In this document: piece by piece, positions 8,534 to 16,565 of the stretch
Position numbering within the stretch: the first letter of the stretch is position 1
Layout of the letters: each line of letters begins with the position of its first letter
NCBI GenBank assembly: GCA_045863295.1
Contig: BTWA01000044.1
Location: 1 to 46,927, forward strand
Origin: Candidatus Hydrogenedentota bacterium
GTDB lineage: Bacteria; Hydrogenedentota; Hydrogenedentia; Hydrogenedentales; SLHB01
Length of the DNA stretch: 46,927 nt
Direction: 5' to 3'
Notes under the pieces: model-generated
The model's input: the letters and a program-made list of their open reading frames with translations, nothing else
Databases searched by the model: none
Told to the model about the DNA's origin: nothing
Program-made: the position numbers and the translations under genes

Positions 8534-9892
8534 ATGAACACGCAATCCATCAACTCAATTCGTTCGACCCTTAACCGGAGAGGCTTCCTAGCGTCGGCGG
8601 CGGGGGCCGGTCTGTTGATTTTGCCCAGCGGCACGTTCGCCGCGCCAAACGCGCCCAGCAATAAATTGAACATCGCGCTTATCGGCGCGGACGGCCGGGG
8701 CCGTGCGCACTACGATTCCCTCGCCACGGAAAACGTCGTGGCGTTATGCGACGTCGATGAAACGCACCTCGATTTCGCGTGCAACGTGTTTCCAAATGCG
8801 AAGCGGTACGTCGATTGGCGCGAATGCCTCGAACATCCCGAACTCGACGCCATCGTGTGTTGCACCACCGATCAGACCCACGCCTTCGTGGCAAACTGGG
8901 CGTTGAAGCGTGGCCTGCATGTGTACATGGAAAAACCGCTGGCCATCAGCGTCGAAGAAGCCCGTCTGGTGCGCGCAACCTATAGAAAGGTCAAAGACAA
9001 ACTGGCGACTCAGGTCGGCATGCAACGCCATGCAAAAGAAAACTTCAATCGGGTCCGCGAACTGATCCGCGACGGCGCCATAGGAGAATTGCGAGAAGTC
9101 AGCGCCTGGGGAAACCGGCAGATTCCAAAGCCGGGATATCTGCCCGCCGCGGGCGATCCTCCCAAGAATCTGCACTACGACCTCTGGCTCGGACCTTCGC
9201 CCTTCCATCCCTACAACCCCGAGTACTTTGCCGGCGATCCCGGCATGAACTGCCTCCAATGGAACATGTACTGGGATTTCGGCTGCGGCCAAATCGGAGA
9301 CATGGGAAGCCACACAATGGACCTCGCATGGAATGCAATCGACGCAACCGTGCCCACCAAAGTCACTGGCGTCGGCGAACCCTACAACCCCGAAGTCACG
9401 CCTGTGCGCATGACCTCCACCTTCGAACATCCGGCAAACGACTGGCGGCCTGCGATAACAGTCAAATGGTATCAGGGCGGAGACATGCCCGATTCCCCCG
9501 CGAAATACATCGACCTGACGCAAATCGGCCACGGGGCCATGTTTCACGGCGATAAAGGCGTCCTTATCGCCGATTTCGACACACGGGTACTCCTCCCCGT
9601 GGGCGACAAAGCCGGGCTTCAATACTACCAGCCACGCCCGGAAAGAAAGATGATTCCGCCCTTGGGCCACTTCCAGCAGGAATGGATCGATGCGTGCAAA
9701 GGCGATCTGAAAACCTCATGCGATTTCGAGTACAGCGGCAACATGATTGAGCAACTGCTGCTCGGGCTCGTGGCCTACCGGCACGGCTCCCCCATCGAAT
9801 ACAACGGAGAGACCGGCCGCATCACCAACAGCGAAGAAGCGAACAGACTGCTCAGCCGCCCCTATCGCGAAGGGTGGGCGTTGGAGGGATAA
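8534..9892 (+). CDS. Gfo/Idh/MocA oxidoreductase with Tat signal
   Basis: LNRRGFLA Tat motif, IALIGADGRG Rossmann motif, HVYMEKPLA, GDMGSH. Confidence 0.9.
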   Translation: MNTQSINSIRSTLNRRGFLASAAGAGLLILPSGTFAAPNAPSNKLNIALIGADGRGRAHYDSLATENVVALCDVDETHLDFACNVFPNAKRYVDWRECLEHPELDAIVCCTTDQTHAFVANWALKRGLHVYMEKPLAISVEEARLVRATYRKVKDKLATQVGMQRHAKENFNRVRELIRDGAIGELREVSAWGNRQIPKPGYLPAAGDPPKNLHYDLWLGPSPFHPYNPEYFAGDPGMNCLQWNMYWDFGCGQIGDMGSHTMDLAWNAIDATVPTKVTGVGEPYNPEVTPVRMTSTFEHPANDWRPAITVKWYQGGDMPDSPAKYIDLTQIGHGAMFHGDKGVLIADFDTRVLLPVGDKAGLQYYQPRPERKMIPPLGHFQQEWIDACKGDLKTSCDFEYSGNMIEQLLLGLVAYRHGSPIEYNGETGRITNSEEANRLLSRPYREGWALEG

Positions 9893-9912
9893 GTGCGCCC
9901 GCAATAGTGTTC

Positions 9913-9952
9913 GCGGCGAATTGCGTTCGGCGCGGTTCGCCGCACTTCTTTT
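9913..9952 (+). terminator. Putative intrinsic terminator
   Basis: Stem GCGGCGAATTGCG / CGCGGTTCGCCGC (two G-U pairs) followed by ACTTCTTTT, 20 nt after the stop at 9892. Confidence 0.55.
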
Positions 9953-9980
9953 GCCGTCGATCGTGAAATGGGAGTGTTCA

Positions 9981-10955
9981 TTGAAAGCAGTCGTATACAC
10001 GCGCTACGGACCGCCGGAGGTCTTGGAAGTAAAGGATGTCCCCACCCCGGCGCCCCGGGAAAATGAAGTCCGGATTCGCGTGCACGCTGCCTCGGTCAAC
10101 GCCGGCGACTGGCGTCTCATGCGGGGCGAACCGTTTCTCGTGCGGCTTATGTCGGGAATACGCAAGCCCAAATTCTCCATTCTTGGATCGGATCTCGCAG
10201 GAACCATTGATCAGACAGGGCCCAAAGCCACGAAATTTCGGCCAGGAGATGCCGTCTTCGGGGAGATGTCCACGTGTGGGTTCGGATCGTTTGCCGAATT
10301 CGCGTGCGTGCCTCAAGACATGCTAGTTTCCAAACCCGCCAACCTGACGCTTGAGGAAGCAGCCGCCGTACCCACTGCGGGACTTACCGCGTTGCAAGCC
10401 GTGCGCGATCACGGCAAGGCGGCCGCAGGACAGTCCGTGATGGTGGTGGGCGCATCCGGAGGCGTGGGTTCGTTCGCCGTGCAAATAGCCAAGGCGCTTG
10501 GCGCAACCGTAACCGGCGTATGCAGCGCCCGCAAAGTAGACTGGGTGCGCGCCATCGGAGCCGACGACGTCGTCGACTACGCAACGACCGATTTCACACG
10601 GCAAAGAGAACGCTATGATTTGATTGTCGACGCCGGCGCGTATCGCCCTATCACCCACTACCGTCGCATCCTCAAGCCGGGCGGCAGGTACGTCATGGTG
10701 GGCGGTTCGCTGCGCGCGTTCCTGAGTGCCTCACTTCTTGGGCCGGCCTATTCAACGTTGGGTAACGTGACAATGCAATCCATGTTGGTAAAACCGAATG
10801 CCGCCGATCTTGAATCGCTCAAGACCCTCCTCGAATCCGGACAAATCAGGCCCGTAGTGGACAGAGTCGGCGAACTGAATGATGTGCCGGACGCCATCCG
10901 ACAAATGGAAGCGGGACATATCCGTGGAAAAGTGGTAATACGCGTGGCGGCATAG
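9981..10955 (+). CDS. MDR-family NAD(P)-dependent alcohol dehydrogenase / quinone oxidoreductase-like protein
   Basis: KAVVYTRYGPPEVL, VHAASVN, GASGGVGSFAVQIAK, GHIRGKVVI. TTG start at 9981 follows GGAG. Confidence 0.9.
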   Translation: MKAVVYTRYGPPEVLEVKDVPTPAPRENEVRIRVHAASVNAGDWRLMRGEPFLVRLMSGIRKPKFSILGSDLAGTIDQTGPKATKFRPGDAVFGEMSTCGFGSFAEFACVPQDMLVSKPANLTLEEAAAVPTAGLTALQAVRDHGKAAAGQSVMVVGASGGVGSFAVQIAKALGATVTGVCSARKVDWVRAIGADDVVDYATTDFTRQRERYDLIVDAGAYRPITHYRRILKPGGRYVMVGGSLRAFLSASLLGPAYSTLGNVTMQSMLVKPNAADLESLKTLLESGQIRPVVDRVGELNDVPDAIRQMEAGHIRGKVVIRVAA

Positions 10956-11011
10956 ACGGTAATGCGTCCGAATCCCGGATTGAAATGTTCAATGACCATG
11001 TAGCGTGCCAT
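10956..11011 (-). pseudogene. Possible 5' remnant of a small DUF3303-like gene
   Basis: GGAGG RBS followed by MARYMVIEHFNPG; the frame then runs antisense into the MDR gene. Confidence 0.25.
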
Positions 11012-11097
11012 GAAGAACCCTCCAAACAACACAATACAGCATCGTAATACGTCGAGATCTCAGAACTGAGGAAGACGCCGCAAAGAAGTCTATGGAT

Positions 11098-11574
11098 TTA
11101 CCGGATCCCAAACGCCCCGACCACAAAGTGAGGGGTATCGCCACAGGGTTGGAACATTCGCCAAAACTCCCGGTCGCGTTGATCACCCATTGCGGCAAAC
11201 GTCTCCAGAATCAGACCACCTTGCATTTCCAATCCGAACGCGCCAGCCGAAACATGCGTCACCCGATCGACGTGAGGTTCGTCGGCGATCAGGCTGTCAA
11301 TTCGCCACAGAATGTTCGCCGTATTGCCGCTCTTGGAATTGCAGAAATGATCCCGCGATCCGACAGCAATTTCGTCCTGCAGCACAAAGCGCCATGCACA
11401 CTGAACGTGCAGCGCAAAGTCCCCCACTTCAACTCGTTGCCTCCGCCTCGTCCACGCCTCATGCCGCTGGCCAAAGTGGAGAATAAGCATGTCCGCGCCG
11501 AATCGGGCAGACCACACGGGAAGCCCAACGAGCTTTTCCAATTCGATTCGGATGTTGTCGGATGATGTCGCCAC
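11098..11574 (-). CDS. Hypothetical protein
   Basis: Fills the gap with globular composition; LILHFG...ALHVQCAWR pattern resembles uncharacterised bacterial proteins. Confidence 0.6.
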   Translation of the reverse strand: MATSSDNIRIELEKLVGLPVWSARFGADMLILHFGQRHEAWTRRRQRVEVGDFALHVQCAWRFVLQDEIAVGSRDHFCNSKSGNTANILWRIDSLIADEPHVDRVTHVSAGAFGLEMQGGLILETFAAMGDQRDREFWRMFQPCGDTPHFVVGAFGIR

Positions 11575-11889
11575 AATTCAGGGCCAGCCTATGCGCATCA
11601 CGTCGCTGGGCTGAATGTGACGATTTTTATAATAATACGTATACTGCGATTAGCAATGATTTACCCTTGTTTTGTTTTTTTCGTTGGACGATGAGTCCGG
11701 GCATTCTGTCAAAAAGTCCCTCCCCTCCTACCGCCGCTTCCAGGCATTTGATTGGCGAGGATTATTCGCCAATAATGGCGTCCAAAGCGTGTCCGCCGCG
11801 TGGATGCGGCGGTTGAAATGTGCCTTGGCGGTTGCGATGGGGCCGGCGATTTCGTTGTCCTGTCCGCGCATTACTGGAGGGTATCGGTG

Positions 11890-13221
11890 ATGGAAAAAGT
11901 GACTCGCAGAAGTTTCGTGGCGGGGTCGGCGGCGGCAGCGACCGGCTTGCTCATTGGCACGTCAAAGACATCGTGGGCCGGGGCGAATGACCGCGTCAAC
12001 ATTTGCGTCATGGGTGTGAACGGCCGCGGGCGCAGCCATCTGGGCACCTATGCCGAAATCGACAACGTCGCGGTGACGACCATCTGTGACGTCGACTCCC
12101 GCCTGTTCGAGCCGTGCACCAAGGTCAACTTCACGGAAAAAGGCAAACCCGCGCCGAAGTGTGAGCAGGACATCCGCAAAGTGCTGGAAGACAAAGACGT
12201 GGATGTCATTTCCATCGCCACGCCGAACCATTGGCACTCCTTGGCGACCATATGGGCTTGCCAAGCGGGCAAAGATGTGTATGTCGAAAAGCCAATGACG
12301 CACAACGTGTATGAAGGCCGCAAGGTCGTGGAAGCAGCGGACAAGTACAAGCGCATCGTGCAACACGGAACGCAACTCCGCAGCAATCCCGGATTCATCG
12401 AAGGCATCAACGAATTGCAGGGCGGACTAATTGGCGATGTGTATATGGCGCGGTGTGTGTGCTACAAGTGGCGCCCGTCGATCGGCAAGGGCCACCCGGG
12501 ACCGGCCCCTGAGGGACTGGACTGGAATCTCTGGCAGGGTCCGGCGGAAGAAACGCCGTTCATGTTGAACGAGGAAGGCAAAGGCATCTACGTGCACTAT
12601 TTCTGGCACTGGGTGTGGGCATACGGCAATGGCGACATCGGCAACCAGGGCGTCCATCAATTGGATGCGGCCCGATGGGGCCTCGACGTGGATGTCCCCT
12701 ATCGCGTGGCCTCCATGGGCGGATTGTTCCTGTGGGATGATGCGAAGGAAGTATTCAACGTCTCCTCCTCGTCGTTCATGTTCAAAGGCAAAGACGGCAA
12801 GGACAAGATGATGACGCTGGAAGTGCGGCCGTGGTGCACGAACGACGAAGGCGGCGGCACCTCCTTCGGCGTGATGTTCTACGGATCCGAGGGCTGGATG
12901 ACGTTCCCGGGATACGGCGGCTACAAGGCCTATCACGGGCGTGACAACAAGCTCGTGAAGGAAGCCAACGAAGGCGACGACAAGTATCACTTCCAGAATT
13001 TCATTGACTGTGTGCGCACGGGTGACGCGAGCAAATTGAATGCCCCGCCCATCGAAGGCCACCTTTCCTCCGCCCTCTCGCACTATGCGCTGACGGGCGC
13101 TCGGGTGAATCGCGTGTTGGAAATCGACACGGCAACGGAATCCGTCAAGGACGATCCCGAAGCCAACTCACACCTGACCCGCAAATACCGCGAGGGATTC
13201 GTGGTGCCCGAAGTCGTGTGA
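11890..13221 (+). CDS. Gfo/Idh/MocA oxidoreductase with Tat signal
   Basis: TRRSFV Tat motif, GANDRV, ATPNHWH, DVYVEKP, GDIGNQGVHQLD. GGAGG RBS precedes ATG 11890. Confidence 0.92.
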   Translation: MEKVTRRSFVAGSAAAATGLLIGTSKTSWAGANDRVNICVMGVNGRGRSHLGTYAEIDNVAVTTICDVDSRLFEPCTKVNFTEKGKPAPKCEQDIRKVLEDKDVDVISIATPNHWHSLATIWACQAGKDVYVEKPMTHNVYEGRKVVEAADKYKRIVQHGTQLRSNPGFIEGINELQGGLIGDVYMARCVCYKWRPSIGKGHPGPAPEGLDWNLWQGPAEETPFMLNEEGKGIYVHYFWHWVWAYGNGDIGNQGVHQLDAARWGLDVDVPYRVASMGGLFLWDDAKEVFNVSSSSFMFKGKDGKDKMMTLEVRPWCTNDEGGGTSFGVMFYGSEGWMTFPGYGGYKAYHGRDNKLVKEANEGDDKYHFQNFIDCVRTGDASKLNAPPIEGHLSSALSHYALTGARVNRVLEIDTATESVKDDPEANSHLTRKYREGFVVPEVV

Positions 13222-13243
13222 TCAAGCACTGAACGCTGCATTT

Positions 13244-13283
13244 CGGCGCCCGAAGCCCTTTGCTTCGGGCGCCGTTGTTTGTT
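13244..13283 (+). terminator. Intrinsic terminator
   Basis: Perfect 13-bp stem CGGCGCCCGAAGC / GCTTCGGGCGCCG with 5-nt loop, then TTGTTTGTT, between convergent genes. Confidence 0.8.
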
Positions 13284-13317
13284 CAGGCGGTCCAGTGAGT
13301 GACATGGCTTGGGACTT

Positions 13318-13698
13318 CTACTTTCGTGTCAACCCAAGGGCCTTAAGCGTCTGTTCGTCTTCCGCGACGGGCCGGATTTCTACGCAGCCGTGCCAGGCGC
13401 CGGGGATTTTGGATGCGACGAGTATGGCTTCGTTCAGATCGCGCGCATTGATTATGAAGTAACCGCCAAACTGTTCCTTCGTTTCCGCAAACGGACCATC
13501 GTGAGCCGTGGTCTTTCCATTCCGCACGCGAATGGTCGTGGCTGTGTCCGGCGGCAGAAGCCGGTTGCAGTCAATGAAATGTCCCGTCCTCCGGATGTTC
13601 TTGGTGAATTCTTCATAATCTTTGTAGTGCTGGTCGGCAGCTTCCTGGGTCATTTGTTCCATCACTTTGTCCGCGCAAATAATGCACATGTATTTCAC
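13318..13698 (-). CDS. YciI family (DGPF domain) protein
   Basis: ATTIRVRNG...DGPFAETKEQFGGYFII...VEIRPV. AAGGAG RBS precedes GTG 13698. Confidence 0.9.
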   Translation of the reverse strand: MKYMCIICADKVMEQMTQEAADQHYKDYEEFTKNIRRTGHFIDCNRLLPPDTATTIRVRNGKTTAHDGPFAETKEQFGGYFIINARDLNEAILVASKIPGAWHGCVEIRPVAEDEQTLKALGLTRK

Positions 13699-13721
13699 CG
13701 GCCGTGCTCCTTGTCGGTTGG

Positions 13722-13920
13722 TCCGCATTTTGCACCACGCTTAAAGCGTGCGGAGAAGACTGAAGTACAGTCTCCGTGGTGCAAAATGCTTACACAGAAT
13801 AGTTTGGGCTTGAAACGCTGAGGATATTTCACGAGGTCGGTGCACTTGCATCGGATGGGTCCATGGCCCGGTAGCATAGTTGTTACACAGTTAGTTGGAC
13901 AAAGTCGTGAAATATCCGGG
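13722..13920 (-). repeat. Dispersed palindromic element, copy 2 (module A 13803-13920, module B 13722-13798)
   Basis: Reverse-complement, ungapped match to copy 1 (hand count: A about 94/118, B about 70/77) and to copy 3 (A about 102/118). Confidence 0.9.
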
Positions 13921-13929
13921 TTAGAGGTG

Positions 13930-14397
13930 TCAGGCTTCGTCATAGGCTTTCTGGAGGGGAGCGATGTCGAGCTTCTTCATTTGAAGCACCCGGGCCATGA
14001 CCGCGTTGCCCTTTCCCGGATCGCTTATCCATTCGCCCAGGCGCGCAGGCACAACTTGCCAGGAAAGGCCGAACCTGTCAACGAGCCAGCCGCATTGTTG
14101 GATCTGACCTCCTTCAGCAAGCCGGTCCCAGTGGTGGTCGATCTCGTCCTGGGTTTCACAGTGTATGACGATGGAATAAGCCGGGGACAGTTTGTAGTGC
14201 GGTCCGCCATTGAGGGCCATGAACTCCTGACCGTCGAGTTGAAACGTGACCGTAAGCACAGTCCCTGCTGACATGGGTCCCGTTTCGCCGTACCGCGATA
14301 TCGTCCCCATCTTGGAATTCTTGATAATGGAGGTATAGAAAAGCGCAGCGTCTTCGGCTTGGTTGTCAAACCATAGGCAAGAGGTAATCGTCTGCAT
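13930..14397 (-). CDS. VOC / PhnB-like (3-demethylubiquinone-9 3-methyltransferase family) protein
   Basis: MQTITSCLWFDNQAEDAA.FY, FMALNGGP, CGWLVDRFGLSWQVVP, MKKLDI. GGGAG RBS precedes ATG 14397. Confidence 0.92.
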   Translation of the reverse strand: MQTITSCLWFDNQAEDAALFYTSIIKNSKMGTISRYGETGPMSAGTVLTVTFQLDGQEFMALNGGPHYKLSPAYSIVIHCETQDEIDHHWDRLAEGGQIQQCGWLVDRFGLSWQVVPARLGEWISDPGKGNAVMARVLQMKKLDIAPLQKAYDEA

Positions 14398-14580
14398 GGG
14401 TCTCACTCCCGTGGGTAATTGAGCGCTTGGTTTTGTGCCAGCCCTGCGTAGGATCAGCCAACTCTGATCCTTGGTCGATTGGAAACACACGGGATCGACA
14501 TACCGAAAGAGGAATTCCACAACCCCAATCGTGCCAGCCGCTTGGTGGTGGTCAATCGGGCCGGTGAGACCGAAGGGCGG

Positions 14581-16242
14581 TCACGGAGCCGCGTCCAGCT
14601 GGAGGCATTGTCGGTCAGCCAGAAGACGGGCTCGAAGCGTGTCGTAGGGGACGTCTTGAACACTGGATTGGGATTCGATGGCCAGTACGGCACCCGTCGC
14701 GGCACTCTGTCCGAGTATCATGAAAACGGGCTCCATTCGAATTGAACCGAATGCAATGTGTGAACTGGACAGGCAAACCGGCACGAGCAAGTTTACGCAC
14801 TGGTCTTCCTTGGGCGTGAGGGAACGATAGTCGATTTGATACGGCCTGTCTGGCCGGACTCCGATATCGCCTTCGTTTTGGACAAAGCCGTCAGGTTTGA
14901 TGTAGCGCTGAACGTTGTGGCTATCCATGGCATACGAGCCCATGCCCACCGGCATGGCGATGGGGCGTTTGCCCAAGACTTCGTGTTCGGTCATGACCCA
15001 TGCGCCAATCATGCGGCGCGCCTCGCGCACATAGATTTGGTGGGGCCAATGGCCGTTGTCCGTAAATTCGTCCTTGGCCAACCCCCAGTCGCTCATCGCG
15101 GATCGCACGTCCTCCGGCACTCGGGGATCGTTGGCCATAAAGTACATGAGGCCCCTTTGATACTGTTCGTGTTCCCTTAGAATTTCACGACGGCGTTCGT
15201 ATCTGGCCTCGGGATAATCGTAGTTCATGCCAATGTTGTCGGTGCTGAACGGCCCATGGTTATTGGTGTCGGTCTTGTGATTCGGAATGGGATCGAATTT
15301 CTGAAACTGCTCCCGCCAACCGGTTTCGAATACGCGCAACAGCAGTTCATAGTGACTGGCGTCATATCCCTCGGGTTTGGAAAACGGAACTCGATTCTCC
15401 GCCTTGTTGGTGAGACACATGCGGTAACAATATGCCTGTACCCTGTGGTCGGCGGCTCCGAATTCACCGGGCGGCTCGGCCGATATTCGCGGCAACAATC
15501 CACTGGCTGGATCATCGGGCACCTTATACGGGCTGATGTCGGACATGAAATAATGGCGGTGGTGCAATACCCCTGTCTGCACGCCGTTCCAAGTCTCGTT
15601 GTAGGTATCCCTGGATTCTCGCCCAACATGATACGAAACACCGGCCGCGGCCATGAGATCGCCTTCGTAGGTGGCGTCGATGAATACCGCTGCCTTAAAG
15701 GTATCGCCGGAAAGGGTGCGGATGAATTCGATGCGGCCTTGCGTACTCTTTACACCGTTCTCCCGGTCGAGCCAGGCATCGCGGTGCACCGGGATGGAGT
15801 ATTCCGAAATGAACTCTTCGAAAATGGCTTCCGCCACGTGCGGTTCGAATATCCACATGGTTCGTTGATCGCCGTCGATGGCTGGAGTCCCTTGTCCTTT
15901 GTTGCCGTACTCTTCCCGGCTCTGCCATTGCCATGCCTCGGGCTTTTGATAGTGTTTCCAGACACGGTGGTAGAACTCGCGGGCGATACCGCCGATGGTT
16001 TCTTTCTTGCCGGTGTCAGTCCAACCGAGCCCGCCCGAGCTAAGTCCTCCCAGATGCGTATCCGGGGATACGACAATGACAGTGTGGCCCATTCGGGCTA
16101 CCTGAACGGCAGCGGCAATAGCCGCGGATGTGCCGCCGTACACGACCACGTCGGAACGGAACTCTCCGGCCTTGGCGGCATACGAAGGGATAAGCACGAA
16201 CACGAGCACCACAATGAGGTTGTACACTTTTGAGTTGAACAC
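14581..16242 (-). CDS. Secreted FAD-dependent oxidoreductase (FAD_oxidored family)
   Basis: Signal peptide, DVVVYGGTSAAIAAA, HLGG..SGGLG, FIDATYEGDL, YVREARR, SSSHIAFGSIRMEP. Confidence 0.88.
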   Translation of the reverse strand: MFNSKVYNLIVVLVFVLIPSYAAKAGEFRSDVVVYGGTSAAIAAAVQVARMGHTVIVVSPDTHLGGLSSGGLGWTDTGKKETIGGIAREFYHRVWKHYQKPEAWQWQSREEYGNKGQGTPAIDGDQRTMWIFEPHVAEAIFEEFISEYSIPVHRDAWLDRENGVKSTQGRIEFIRTLSGDTFKAAVFIDATYEGDLMAAAGVSYHVGRESRDTYNETWNGVQTGVLHHRHYFMSDISPYKVPDDPASGLLPRISAEPPGEFGAADHRVQAYCYRMCLTNKAENRVPFSKPEGYDASHYELLLRVFETGWREQFQKFDPIPNHKTDTNNHGPFSTDNIGMNYDYPEARYERRREILREHEQYQRGLMYFMANDPRVPEDVRSAMSDWGLAKDEFTDNGHWPHQIYVREARRMIGAWVMTEHEVLGKRPIAMPVGMGSYAMDSHNVQRYIKPDGFVQNEGDIGVRPDRPYQIDYRSLTPKEDQCVNLLVPVCLSSSHIAFGSIRMEPVFMILGQSAATGAVLAIESQSSVQDVPYDTLRARLLADRQCLQLDAAP

Positions 16243-16565
16243 GATAATCTTTACCGGTTGAATCGAGCCGTTGATCGCAAGACTTCACAGAGATGCGTTG
16301 TCTGCTTGGACAGTGTATGATCGTGGGAGGGGAAATCCAACTTTGGGGTGCCGGATTCCCATATTGCCAAAACAGCATGCGGGGACCCATAGGCAATCGG
16401 TTGGCACGTGCGTAATCAGAGCTGCATGTAAGCAGACCTGAACTGACGTTCGCACGTTGACCGGTGGAATCTGGGGAGACTACCGGATCTGAGTTGCCTA
16501 GCCGATTGACTGCGTAATCATTTGCGGCGGCCGCAGAACGCCGCACGTCCGGGGGGACAGGGACC

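Noticed and set aside
11620..11700. AT-rich patch as a sign of foreign DNA
   Set aside because: Short and confined to a divergent intergenic region, so ordinary promoter DNA is the simpler reading.
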